From positions 1 to 52,178 of the forward strand of contig CAZTZB010000004.1 in the NCBI GenBank assembly GCA_964617505.1: a DNA stretch of 52,178 nt, written 5' to 3'. Shown one piece after another: positions 31,483 through 41,408 of this stretch (position 1 is its first letter; each line of letters starts with the position of its first letter). Below the pieces are notes generated by a model. That model searched no databases, had not been told where the DNA came from, and was given only the letters and a program-made list of their open reading frames with translations. Made by a program: the position numbers and the translations under genes. This stretch comes from an uncultured Peptostreptococcaceae bacterium. Its GTDB lineage: Bacteria > Bacillota > Clostridia > Peptostreptococcales > BM714.

Positions 31483-31668
31483 TGCGATCAGAGGAGCGAA
31501 TGCAATCAGTAAACCGATACGTCATGGGAAACGGTATCGATTGAAAGGTGCATTTGCCGAAACCGTTTTTTCCGCCCGGGAAAACACAGTTGGGATCATG
31601 TCCGAACAGGCATGGTACTGTCAATCACCTTAAAAAAGGCGATTGAAGCGCTTTTTGCATGGATGAAA
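31483..31668 (+). ncRNA. Second lysine riboswitch, upstream of the NhaC-family transporter
   Basis: AGAGGAGC...CAGTA...GAAAGG...GCCGAA...TTGGG...ACTGTCA...GAAGCGCT blocks in order. Confidence 0.92.
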
Positions 31669-31690
31669 GATTAACTATGTAGCTGCTTAT

Positions 31691-31727
31691 AACAGTCATG
31701 GATACTTTTATCTGTGACTGTTTTTTT
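31691..31727 (+). terminator. Terminator of the second lysine riboswitch
   Basis: AACAGTCATGGAT-actttt-ATCTGTGACTGTT followed by a T-run. Confidence 0.8.
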
Positions 31728-31756
31728 ATTTACAAAAATATAGAAAGGAGATTTTT

Positions 31757-33439
31757 ATGAATCTGAAAAAAGCATTAGGTTTTTCATTAGCTATCATTTT
31801 ATTATTCAGTTTAGCTCTTCCAGTCTTTGCCGATGGAGGCGGAGAGGCTGTCAGTTTCGGTTTTTGGTCTTTGATGCCTCCGCTAATCGCAATCGTTTTG
31901 GCTTTTGTTACAAAGCAAGTCATTCTATCCCTCTTCCTTGGAATATTTGTAGGAGCGACAATGATGAATGGGGGCAATGTCTTCTTCGGTTTTCTCAGAA
32001 CCCTCGATGGTTACATCCTTGGTTCCGCCGCAGACAGTTGGAACGCAGCCATCTTGATTTTCACCCTGACAATCGGAGGGATGATTGGTGTAATCTCAAA
32101 AATGGGAGGCACCCACGCAATAGCCGAAGCCTTGGCTAAAAAAGCGAAAAATGCTAGGAGCGCTCAACTCGTAACCTGGGCAATGGGTTGCCTGGTCTTT
32201 TTCGACGACTACGCAAACACCCTTATTGTAGGCCCTACTATGAGACCTCTTTCTGACAAAATGAAAGTTTCAAGAGAAAAGCTTTCCTATATAGTTGACT
32301 CCACAGCCGCACCGGTAGCCGGAATGGCCCTCATATCAACATGGGTCGGATACGAGCTTGGATTGATCAATGATTCCATGACAGCACTTGGCCTTGAAGT
32401 CAATGCATACGGAATATTCCTTAGATCGATTCCTTATCGTTTTTACGACATCTTCGCCATAGTCATGGTTTTCCTTGTAGCATACATGATGAGAGATTTC
32501 GGTCCCATGTACAAAGCTGAAAAACGCGCACGCCTTACAGGAGAAGTTCTTGCCGTTGGAGCCAACCCAATGGCCTCTACCGACATGGAACGGAACATTC
32601 CGGAAGGTACCGTCCTCAAGGTTTCCAACGCCGTAATTCCCATACTGACATTGGTTGTTGTATCCTTTGTGGGCCTTTGGTATTCCGGTGGCGGAACTGA
32701 GCTTCCCGCAACAATGGAAGGCATACGTACCGCCTTCGGCGACGCAGACGCTTCAGTTGCCCTCATTTGGGGATCAGCAACTGCAAGCATCGTGGCCATA
32801 ATATTGTCCATATCCCAAAAGATTATGAGCATCGGAGAAGCCTTTGACGCTTGGGTTGACGGAGCCAAATCTCTCGTAATCACGGCTATAATACTAATAC
32901 TAGCCTGGTCTATCGGATCGGTAGCAGGAGATGTCGGAACCGCAAACTACCTAATCGGCATCGTAACCGAAACACTTCCTGCCTTCATGCTTCCGCTTTT
33001 GGTATTCGCCATTTCATGCGTAGTGGCATTTGCAACCGGAACATCTTGGGGAACAATGGCAATCATGATGCCCCTAGCCATTCCTTTGGCTGCTGCATTC
33101 AACGGAAATGTAGTCGATTCACTTATGCTTGCAACCCTTTCAGCAGTTTTGACAGGGTCTATATTCGGCGACCACTGCTCGCCTATATCGGATACGACAA
33201 TCATGTCGTCAATGGCTTCCGCCGCCGACCACATAGACCACGTAAAAACGCAGTTTCCATACGCGCTTTTCGTAGCATTTACAGCCATTGCCGTAGGCTA
33301 TTTGCCGGCAGGTCTAGGTATGAATCCGTTCATTTCCTTGGTCGCAGGCGTTCTGGTAATTTGGAGCGTTTTGAAGTTCTACGGTAAGAGCACAAGAGAA
33401 GAAGACCTCAGAGCACTTGAAGAAAGAAAAACGGCCTGA
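31757..33439 (+). CDS. NhaC-family transporter, probable lysine permease (LysW-like)
   Basis: FFDDYANTLIVG, SREKLSYIVDSTAAP, AFATGTSWGT, GDHCSPISDTTIMSS, DHVKTQ.PYA. Sits behind a lysine riboswitch. Confidence 0.88.
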   Translation: MNLKKALGFSLAIILLFSLALPVFADGGGEAVSFGFWSLMPPLIAIVLAFVTKQVILSLFLGIFVGATMMNGGNVFFGFLRTLDGYILGSAADSWNAAILIFTLTIGGMIGVISKMGGTHAIAEALAKKAKNARSAQLVTWAMGCLVFFDDYANTLIVGPTMRPLSDKMKVSREKLSYIVDSTAAPVAGMALISTWVGYELGLINDSMTALGLEVNAYGIFLRSIPYRFYDIFAIVMVFLVAYMMRDFGPMYKAEKRARLTGEVLAVGANPMASTDMERNIPEGTVLKVSNAVIPILTLVVVSFVGLWYSGGGTELPATMEGIRTAFGDADASVALIWGSATASIVAIILSISQKIMSIGEAFDAWVDGAKSLVITAIILILAWSIGSVAGDVGTANYLIGIVTETLPAFMLPLLVFAISCVVAFATGTSWGTMAIMMPLAIPLAAAFNGNVVDSLMLATLSAVLTGSIFGDHCSPISDTTIMSSMASAADHIDHVKTQFPYALFVAFTAIAVGYLPAGLGMNPFISLVAGVLVIWSVLKFYGKSTREEDLRALEERKTA

Positions 33440-33819
33440 TGATCCGGGCCTATCCACTGAAGAAAAGCAGGAAATGGCAAAGCCTTTTTCTGCTTTTTCT
33501 TGGTTCATATCTTATTTTGACGCGCGACTTGTCCGATTCAAGGTATCTTATCGGTGCTGTGGTATTTCTTTCGATAGGTTCATGGCAGGAAAAAATATCA
33601 GTCGACAAAGATGGAATAGTTTATGAATCCCGCCTTCTGTTGATTTTTAAGATGAAAACCAGCTGCAGCTTTTCCGATGCCGACAAATTGGAGCTTCTAC
33701 CTTTCAATGAAACATACAGGTTGCTTCAACATCTCAAGGGCCGAAAGCTAAAACGTGTCCTCATCAAGACCAAGGACGAACCTGCCGTCAAGGAATTCCT
33801 TAAGCCTTACAAGGCATGA
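33439..33819 (+). CDS. Small membrane protein of unknown function, coupled to the LysW-like gene
   Basis: TGATG one-base stop/start overlap, two short hydrophobic segments followed by a soluble beta-rich tail, terminator directly after. Confidence 0.7.
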   Translation: MIRAYPLKKSRKWQSLFLLFLGSYLILTRDLSDSRYLIGAVVFLSIGSWQEKISVDKDGIVYESRLLLIFKMKTSCSFSDADKLELLPFNETYRLLQHLKGRKLKRVLIKTKDEPAVKEFLKPYKA

Positions 33820-33847
33820 AAAAACTTATATAATCAAAGTCATAGTC

Positions 33848-33880
33848 AAAAGTCGGCCTCACAAGAGTCCGGCTTTTTTT
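33848..33880 (+). terminator. Intrinsic terminator of the lysW-like operon
   Basis: AAAGTCGGCCTC-ACAA-GAGTCCGGCTTTTTTT. Confidence 0.75.
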
Positions 33881-33942
33881 ATTTATTCTTACCCAAATAA
33901 GACCTTTTGCTATATAATGAGTATGGAAAAGGAAGTGATAAT

Positions 33943-34620
33943 ATGAATCTTCATTATTTTGGCCATTCGGCATTCCGTTTGACCGGAGAAAATTTCAATC
34001 TCTTAATCGATCCGTTTCTACTAGGAAACCCCCTGTGCGAAACAGACCCTAAAAGCCTTGATGGAATAACACATATACTTGTTACCCACGGACACGGAGA
34101 CCATATTGGCGATACTGTCAGCATCGCAAAACACAACGACTCGCTTATAATTTGCAACGCTGAAATGGCTTCCTTCTTTTCGAATATGGGTCTAAAAACA
34201 CATGCTATGCACCTTGGCGGAGCATATCAATTCTATTTTGGAAGAGTGAAAATGACTCAAGCTGTCCACGGCTCAGGCATACAAACCGAAAAAGGAATGA
34301 TATACGGAGGAAATCCGTGTGGCTTCCTGATTGAAGCCGGCGGAAAGAAAATATACCACGCAGGTGACACCGGTCTCACGCAGGACATGAAACTACTTGC
34401 AGAAGAACATGTCGATTACGCCCTTCTACCTATAGGGGGCAACTTCACGATGGATGTTGCCGACGCTCTGCGCGCAGTTGATTTCATACAACCCAAGACA
34501 TCGATTCCGATGCATTACAACACATTTCCCCTTATCGAAGCCTCCCCCGAGCTTTTCAAGGCTTCGATTAAAAACAGCAAGGTCATAATACTAAAACCAA
34601 ATACCGCAATTGATATTTAG
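33943..34620 (+). CDS. Metallo-beta-lactamase-fold metal-dependent hydrolase (UPF0173/UlaG-like)
   Basis: HYFGHSAF, LIDPFL, THGHGDHIGD, AVHGSG, YHAGDT, LPIGGNFTMD, PMHYNTF. Confidence 0.9.
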   Translation: MNLHYFGHSAFRLTGENFNLLIDPFLLGNPLCETDPKSLDGITHILVTHGHGDHIGDTVSIAKHNDSLIICNAEMASFFSNMGLKTHAMHLGGAYQFYFGRVKMTQAVHGSGIQTEKGMIYGGNPCGFLIEAGGKKIYHAGDTGLTQDMKLLAEEHVDYALLPIGGNFTMDVADALRAVDFIQPKTSIPMHYNTFPLIEASPELFKASIKNSKVIILKPNTAIDI

Positions 34621-34632
34621 ACAGGAGCTCAC

Positions 34633-35523
34633 ATGGACAACGATCGAAAAGGGATTTTATGGATTCTGGTCTCCACCTTCTTCTACGCACTTATGGGAGT
34701 GGTTGTAAAATGGACTCCTGAAATCTCCGTATTTGAAAAAGTTCTCGCACGGAATCTTATAGGCGCAGTCATCATGTTTTTTATAATAAAAAGAAAAAAT
34801 ATGCCTTTTAAGCTTAACCATGCACCCCTCATGCTTTACAGATCAGTTAACGGAACACTTGGGATACTAACCAATTTTTGGGCAATTTCATTGTTGCCGC
34901 TTTCAAACTCAGTAATTCTAAACAGTCTTTCACCATTTTTTGTTTTGTTTTTAGCCTACTTCTTTCTTAAAGAAAAAATACAGTCAAAATCGGTTTTGGC
35001 GATATTTATTGCAATGTGCGGCGCTCTGCTGGTAGTAAAACCGGCATCCGGAATAGATTTGTTTCCCTCTCTTATAGGTCTGTCTTCCGCTTTCTTCGCC
35101 GCCAGCACCTTCGTACTTCTTCGGAAGCTCAAGGAATATAATCCCATGGAAATAAATGTCTTCTACTTTTTGATTTTTTCAGTGGTTTTAGTTTTTCCTT
35201 TGATGCTTAACGGCTTCGTAATGCCAAGCCCTTTGCAACTAACCAAGCTTATTGTAATCGGCATATTCGGAACCTTGGCCCAGATAACCATGACCGTGGC
35301 CTACAAATACGCTGAGGCCTCCAAATTAGCCATATATATTTACCTCAATATCGTCATGTCTTCTATAATTGCCATTTTCATGTTCAATGAAATCCCGGAT
35401 TTTCTAAGCATCTGTGGCGGATCTCTAATAATCATTGGCGGATATATAAACTATAAAGCGGCTTTAAAATCCAAACAAGCAATTATCAATGAGGACATTA
35501 ACTGCCAGCAATCTCATTTGTAA
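34633..35523 (+). CDS. DMT/EamA family transporter
   Basis: Ten-TM duplicated pattern, SPFFVLFLAYFFLKEK, FNEIP. Confidence 0.9.
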   Translation: MDNDRKGILWILVSTFFYALMGVVVKWTPEISVFEKVLARNLIGAVIMFFIIKRKNMPFKLNHAPLMLYRSVNGTLGILTNFWAISLLPLSNSVILNSLSPFFVLFLAYFFLKEKIQSKSVLAIFIAMCGALLVVKPASGIDLFPSLIGLSSAFFAASTFVLLRKLKEYNPMEINVFYFLIFSVVLVFPLMLNGFVMPSPLQLTKLIVIGIFGTLAQITMTVAYKYAEASKLAIYIYLNIVMSSIIAIFMFNEIPDFLSICGGSLIIIGGYINYKAALKSKQAIINEDINCQQSHL

Positions 35524-35566
35524 CAGTTAAAAGCAAAAGTAGAACGTGGCAACAATCACAAAATAC

Positions 35567-35599
35567 AAAAGCCCAATCCATAAAGGATTGAGCTTTTTA
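35567..35599. terminator. Bidirectional terminator between convergent genes
   Basis: AAAAGCCCAATCC-ATAAA-GGATTGAGCTTTTT. Confidence 0.75.
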
Positions 35600-35660
35600 T
35601 ATTTCTAAACATTAAGCAAACTTATCAAAAAAACTCTTTTCACATAAGTCAAAAATACCA

Positions 35661-36401
35661 TTACAAGATATCGATTGCTATACTGCCAATACCTTCGAAA
35701 TCAGCAACATATGAACCTCTTTTTAGCCTACTCGGCTTCATTATGGATCCCGATAAAATAACCATGCCCTTTTTTATCGTCTTGTTATGAACGCTTAATT
35801 TCTTTACAATCCATTCAATTGCATTTGCCGGATTACCCAAAACCTCTGAAGCAACTCCACTATCAATAATATCCCCATTAAAATAAAGGGTGCTATGAAT
35901 CTTCTGCAGCGACGATGCATCTTTGATTTTAACACTTTCTCCTATGCATACCTTACCCGCAACGGCATTGTCAATTACCAATTCAGTCAATGATATTTTG
36001 GGAAACCAGTCTAAATATCTTGAATCGGGTATTTCAAGGGCCGGAGCTATATCAAATTTGTCTATGCTTTCATTAATGCTCTCTTCCGGGTCAATATCTT
36101 CAGTCGCGATAAAAGCAAGCTCCACTTCAATAAGAGGCGAATTCATGTCCGAAAGATTTAATTTGTCTGATACAAAATGCTCTTCAGACAATATCCCATA
36201 AGCAGGTTCTGGAGAATTAAACCAACTTTGAGTTTCATCATTGGTCATGGATATCTTATAGCCTTTTACCTGCATGCCTTTTAGGATCCTGATTCTATTT
36301 TGAATCTCATATGCATCATCTATTGGTAGAGTCAATCCTTCTTTTTCCAGCAGCTTTTTCTCATTCCATGCAGAATACAATTTATTTGCATAATCTTCCA
36401 T
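35661..36401 (-). CDS. 2-keto-4-pentenoate hydratase-like (FAH superfamily, MhpD-type)
   Basis: DDAYEIQ, GYKISMT, EPAYG, IEVELAF, PALEIPDSR, DNAVAG, LGNP, ILSGS. Confidence 0.85.
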   Translation of the reverse strand: MEDYANKLYSAWNEKKLLEKEGLTLPIDDAYEIQNRIRILKGMQVKGYKISMTNDETQSWFNSPEPAYGILSEEHFVSDKLNLSDMNSPLIEVELAFIATEDIDPEESINESIDKFDIAPALEIPDSRYLDWFPKISLTELVIDNAVAGKVCIGESVKIKDASSLQKIHSTLYFNGDIIDSGVASEVLGNPANAIEWIVKKLSVHNKTIKKGMVILSGSIMKPSRLKRGSYVADFEGIGSIAIDIL

Positions 36402-36561
36402 AGTAGCATCTACTCCTTAATCTATTTGAATTGCTTATTTCTTGATATAAAAAACCGGTCCGAATCAATGCTTCGGATCGATAAAAATATCAATAAAACG
36501 TCTTGTTGTATATATTACCTGAAAATTCTGACTAAATCAAGATAATATATTTTAATGTTAT

Positions 36562-36598
36562 AAAAACCACTTCGGCAATTAAGTCGAAGTGGTTTTTT
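36562..36598. terminator. Intrinsic terminator downstream of asnS-lspA
   Basis: AAAAACCACTTCG-N10-CGAAGTGGTTTTT, 13-bp arms. Confidence 0.8.
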
Positions 36599-36700
36599 CT
36601 TTTGTTTATATTTGATTTTGTCTCTTTGCTTTTTCTACTTCCTACTTCATACTTTCCACTTTCCACTTTCACTGATTTCTGAGTCAACGCAGAAATCCGG
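36599..36700. repeat. Heptamer array locus A (NNNACTT x5) plus TTTG-rich tract and hairpin
   Basis: tctactt cctactt catactt tccactt tccactt (36634-36668), then hairpin GATTTCTG-agtcaacg-CAGAAATC. Confidence 0.8.
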
Positions 36701-36708
36701 CTTTCTCG

Positions 36709-37158
36709 TCATGCTGAAGCTTTGTCGAATATTATGGTGTACCCCAAAAGCACAGCCCCCACTACTATAAAACTGTCTGCTCCATTGAAAATAGCAAAAT
36801 CAATCAATCTGAAATCTATAAAATCAACTACATAATTCCACAATACGCGGTCAATAAAATTCCCTATAGCCCCGCCTATAACCATTGACATTGCAATATT
36901 TCCCAATGCACTCATATGTTTCTTTTCTCTCCAAAAGTAAAAACACATTACAACTATTACCATTCCCGTGAAGACAATCAAAAGACCCTGTTTACCGGTT
37001 AAAATGCTAAAAGCCGCTCCTGTGTTCTCCGCATAAGTCAGATGTAAAATACCGTCAATAAGCGGAAATGTGTTAATTTTCTGCAGATACTCTATTGCAA
37101 GATATTTGGTCCATCGATCGACGCAAAGAATACCTAAGATTATAATAAGATAATTCAT
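36709..37158 (-). CDS. lspA: Lipoprotein signal peptidase II
   Basis: DRWTK, NTGAAFS, GGAIGNFIDR, VVDFID, FNGAD. Confidence 0.95.
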   Translation of the reverse strand: MNYLIIILGILCVDRWTKYLAIEYLQKINTFPLIDGILHLTYAENTGAAFSILTGKQGLLIVFTGMVIVVMCFYFWREKKHMSALGNIAMSMVIGGAIGNFIDRVLWNYVVDFIDFRLIDFAIFNGADSFIVVGAVLLGYTIIFDKASA

Positions 37159-37179
37159 TTTTTGCCCCCTCAGACTTCT

Positions 37180-38574
37180 CTAGAATTCAGAGTTTTTGGG
37201 TGTTCTAGGAAATGGAAGCACGTCCCTAATATTGCTCATCCCGGTTATATACATTATTACACGTTCTAGCCCCAATCCATAACCTGCGTGTTTGGCTCCC
37301 CCATACTTTCTGAGCTCTTTATACCACCAATAGTCGTCTTGATTGAGACCCATTTCGTTTATTCTTCTTTCGAGTACATCATATCGTTCTTCCCTTTGGC
37401 TTCCACCGATGATTTCCCCAACGCCCGGAACAAGAAGGTCCATTGCAGCAACTGTGTTCTCATCGTCATTTAAACGCATATAAAAAGCTTTTATATCCTT
37501 TGGATAATCAGTAACAAATATTGGCTTTTGGAATACCTTCTCCGTAAGGTATCTTTCATGCTCCGTTTGAAGGTCGCAACCCCACTCTACTGGATATTGA
37601 AAATCAACCTTTGCTTCTTTTAAAAGTTCTATCGCCTTTGTATATGTTATCCTTCCAAAATCCGAATTTACCACATTTTCCAGTCTATCCTTCAAGCCCT
37701 TGTCAATAAATTTGTTGAAAAATTCCATTTCATCTGGTGCCTGCTCCATAACATAGTTGATTACATACTTGATCATGTCCTCGGCAAGCTCCATGTTGTC
37801 GTCCAAATCGGCAAACGCTATTTCAGGCTCTACCATCCAAAACTCTGATGCATGTCTTGCAGTGTTTGAATTTTCAGCCCTAAATGTCGGCCCAAAGGTA
37901 TATACATTTCTGAAAGCAAGCGCGAATATCTCCGCTTCCAGTTGTCCACTTACCGTAAGATTGGATTCCTTTCCGAAGAAATCATTTTCGTAGTCTATTT
38001 TTCCTTCTTCATTCTTAGGCACATCATTTAGGTCAAGAGTCGTAACCCTAAACATCTCCCCTGCACCCTCGCAATCGCTTCCTGTAATGATCGGCGTATG
38101 AACATAAACAAATCCTCTATCCTGAAAAAACTTGTGAAGCGCATAGCTAACAAGCGACCTGACTCTGAATACGGCCGAAAAGGTATTGCTCCTCGGTCTT
38201 AAGTGGGCTATCGTTCTTAGATACTCGAATGTGTGCCTTTTCTTTTGAAGCGGGTAAGACTTTTCCGACTCCCCTTGCACTTCAATTGCATCGGCCTTAA
38301 TTTCGAATGGCTGTTTGGCGTCCGGAGTCAAAACAAGGGTCCCCTCAACAGAAATGGATGCGCTTATTCCAAGTTTTTTTATTGTTTCAAAGTTTTCCAA
38401 ATTTTCCTCGAAAACGATTTGAACATTCTTGAAAAAAGTCCCATCATTCAATTCTATGAATCCAAAAGCCTTTGAAGCTCTGCTAGTTCTAATCCAGCCA
38501 GCAACAGACACCTTTTTATCTGAATATGCATCCGGATTTTTGTAGATTTCCTTAATTAATTTAAATTTTTTCAT
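37180..38574 (-). CDS. asnS: Asparaginyl-tRNA synthetase
   Basis: OB-fold [52 protein letters not shown]. Start ATG 38574. Asn T-box upstream. Confidence 0.96.
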   Translation of the reverse strand: MKKFKLIKEIYKNPDAYSDKKVSVAGWIRTSRASKAFGFIELNDGTFFKNVQIVFEENLENFETIKKLGISASISVEGTLVLTPDAKQPFEIKADAIEVQGESEKSYPLQKKRHTFEYLRTIAHLRPRSNTFSAVFRVRSLVSYALHKFFQDRGFVYVHTPIITGSDCEGAGEMFRVTTLDLNDVPKNEEGKIDYENDFFGKESNLTVSGQLEAEIFALAFRNVYTFGPTFRAENSNTARHASEFWMVEPEIAFADLDDNMELAEDMIKYVINYVMEQAPDEMEFFNKFIDKGLKDRLENVVNSDFGRITYTKAIELLKEAKVDFQYPVEWGCDLQTEHERYLTEKVFQKPIFVTDYPKDIKAFYMRLNDDENTVAAMDLLVPGVGEIIGGSQREERYDVLERRINEMGLNQDDYWWYKELRKYGGAKHAGYGLGLERVIMYITGMSNIRDVLPFPRTPKNSEF

Positions 38575-38604
38575 TCCACATTCACTCCTCACACAATATT
38601 TTCG

Positions 38605-38842
38605 CATAATAAAAGCCTTCCATCCAGCGTAAGGGACGAAAGGCGATTCCGCGGTGCCACCCTGATTGACATTTTCTGTCCATCTCGTTTTCGATATAAC
38701 GGTCGATACCGTCTGCGCCTAATCCTCACGTTTCGGACAGAAGCTCGGAAGTGTTATTCATCGAATGCTTCGCACCAGACTCTCACCATCTCCGGTTCGC
38801 TTAAGCTTCTGCAGCCGACTACTCTCTCCCTCATCGCTTTCT
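38605..38842 (-). ncRNA. T-box leader with Asn (AAC) specifier
   Basis: T-box AGGGTGGCACCGCG (38663-38650), specifier loop GAAU-AAC-A (38755-38753), terminator GCCTTTCGTCC...GGATGGAAGGC-TTTT. Confidence 0.92.
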
Positions 38843-38856
38843 ACTTCATCATTGCC

Positions 38857-38885
38857 ATTATAATATAGACATATCATGTTGTCAA
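38857..38885 (-). promoter_or_regulatory. Consensus SigA promoter of the asnS T-box leader
   Basis: TTGACA, 17 nt, TATAAT (perfect match). Confidence 0.88.
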
Positions 38886-38898
38886 AGAATTCCCACCT

Positions 38899-40470
38899 CT
38901 ATAAAATCGGCGAAAGAAGCCTTCCATAGGATTCCAGAAACCTAATCCAAATGCCTCTTTTTTTGTATTCTTGAAGCTCGACCTCTTTACTTTCTTCTAT
39001 ATCGCTTAGAAAATCCATTTCCAGCTTTCGAACTGCCTTGCGGTTATAAATGAAAGCGTTAACTTCAAAATTGATTTCAAGGCTTCTAATATCGAGATTT
39101 GCCGTTCCTACCGATGCAACCGTGTCATCCACAATAAAAACCTTGCTGTGCATGAATCCCTTTTGATATGTATATATCCGAACTCCCGCTTCCATCAAAT
39201 CTTCAATGTTTCCGCGCGAAGCCCAGTAAACGGTGAAGTGGTCCGGCTTGCTTGGCATTATGATTCTAACATCCAAGCCGCTTAAAGCGGCCGTCTTTAA
39301 AGCAACGCTAAGACTCTTGTCGGGTACAAGGTAAGGAGTCATAATCCAAATTCTTGACTTCGCCGCCGTTATCATAGTGAAATAGGCCTGCTGAATTGAT
39401 TCCCAATCCGAATCCGGCCCGCTTGTACTTATTTGCAAAAGCTCGTTTCCTCTATAGTCAATCTTCGGGTAGTAGTCTATGCCATCAAGATATTCTCCAG
39501 ATACAAATTCCCAATCCTTCAGAAAAATATTTTGAAGTATGTAGACGCCTTCCCCTTCAATACGCATATGGGTATCCCTCCAATATCCCAAACGTGGATT
39601 GTTGCCAAGATATTCATCCCCTATATTCATGCCTCCCAAGAATCCTACCTTGCCATCAACCACTACTATTTTTCTGTGATTTCTGTAGTTAAGCTCTCTG
39701 CTCAAAACAGGAAATATTACGGGAAAAAACTCTTTTACCTTAGCCCCGCTTTCCTTAAGTGAATTCAAATATGCTTTAGATAATCCCCAGCATCCAACAC
39801 TATCGTATATTAAGCGAACTTCCACTCCCGCAAGCACTTTTTCAATCAGTATTTTGCGCACTATGTTTCCAATTTCATCATCCTTTATTATGAAATACTC
39901 AAGATGTATCTGTTCATTTGCTCCTCTTAAGGCTCTAATTATTGAGCTATATGCTTCTCTTCCATCTGAATATATCTCGGTTGCGTTATTTACTGTAAAA
40001 ACAGCATTCGAATTATTAAGCAGAAGCCTTGCAAGTCTTTGATTTACCGGGGAATCAAGGTCTCCCGTCATAGGATACTCCATAATCATTTCCTTCTGAA
40101 GATTCACCGTGTTTTCTAGATGCTTTGATCCGACCCTTTTCTTCTTTGCAAATATCCTTCTGCGACGGTAGCTCTGCCCAAACATGATGTAAAAAACAAA
40201 ACCGACGAACGGAAGCACGACAAGTACGAGAAGCCATGCCATCGTCTTAGCCGGATCCTTGCTTTCAAAAAAAATTATGACACCCACTAAGGCTGTATAA
40301 ACCGTAAACACAGTCATGATTAAGCCCTTTGCTTTTGATAAAGCATATCCAAATAATCCTATGGATATGAATTGGTAGCTCAATAAAGAAATTGCCGCCA
40401 GAATCAAAACAATAAAAGTAGTTGCCGCTATGCTTTTCTTAGATGGTTTCTTCATTTCTTCACCTGCCAA
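38899..40470 (-). CDS. cls: Cardiolipin synthase
   Basis: N-terminal TMs/PLDc_N and two HKD motifs (NHRKIVVVD, MHSKVFIVD). Confidence 0.95.
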   Translation of the reverse strand: MAGEEMKKPSKKSIAATTFIVLILAAISLLSYQFISIGLFGYALSKAKGLIMTVFTVYTALVGVIIFFESKDPAKTMAWLLVLVVLPFVGFVFYIMFGQSYRRRRIFAKKKRVGSKHLENTVNLQKEMIMEYPMTGDLDSPVNQRLARLLLNNSNAVFTVNNATEIYSDGREAYSSIIRALRGANEQIHLEYFIIKDDEIGNIVRKILIEKVLAGVEVRLIYDSVGCWGLSKAYLNSLKESGAKVKEFFPVIFPVLSRELNYRNHRKIVVVDGKVGFLGGMNIGDEYLGNNPRLGYWRDTHMRIEGEGVYILQNIFLKDWEFVSGEYLDGIDYYPKIDYRGNELLQISTSGPDSDWESIQQAYFTMITAAKSRIWIMTPYLVPDKSLSVALKTAALSGLDVRIIMPSKPDHFTVYWASRGNIEDLMEAGVRIYTYQKGFMHSKVFIVDDTVASVGTANLDIRSLEINFEVNAFIYNRKAVRKLEMDFLSDIEESKEVELQEYKKRGIWIRFLESYGRLLSPIL

Positions 40471-40576
40471 AATATATGTCTTTTATTATTATACATTTTA
40501 ATCCGTATCACTGTTAGAGTAATACCCATAATTTTCTTGAGAAAAGAATGATTTTAGTTATAATGATAGTATCTAA

Positions 40577-41137
<561 letters not shown>

Positions 41138-41174
41138 GTATCTAAATTTTTTATTATATTATTCACTAAGCAAC

Positions 41175-41203
41175 TTGACTGCCTTTTCCTTTGATGTTAT
41201 CAT
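41175..41203 (+). promoter_or_regulatory. SigA promoter of uraA
   Basis: TTGACT, 17 nt (ending TGT), TATCAT. Confidence 0.7.
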
Positions 41204-41224
41204 TATTACAGAATTGAATATGGA

Positions 41225-41348
41225 CGCCTTTAATTTAACCCCGTGAGGTTGAGAAGGAACATACAAGTGAAGCACACTTGTATGGTTTTCATGACTATAA
41301 GGATTGAAACAAGCCTTTCTGCTCGCGAAGCAGAAAGGCTTTTATTTT
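41225..41348 (+). ncRNA. PyrR-binding attenuator
   Basis: Binding loop AACCCCGTGAGGTT (41237-41250), close to ARUCCNGNGAGGYU, within a CCTT...AAGG stem; terminator AAGCCTTTCTGC-N7-GCAGAAAGGCTTTT. Confidence 0.85.
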
Positions 41349-41408
41349 ACCCGGTTGTGGGGGCGTCTTATTTTATTAACACTTAATAAAATGAGAAAGG
41401 AGATTATT

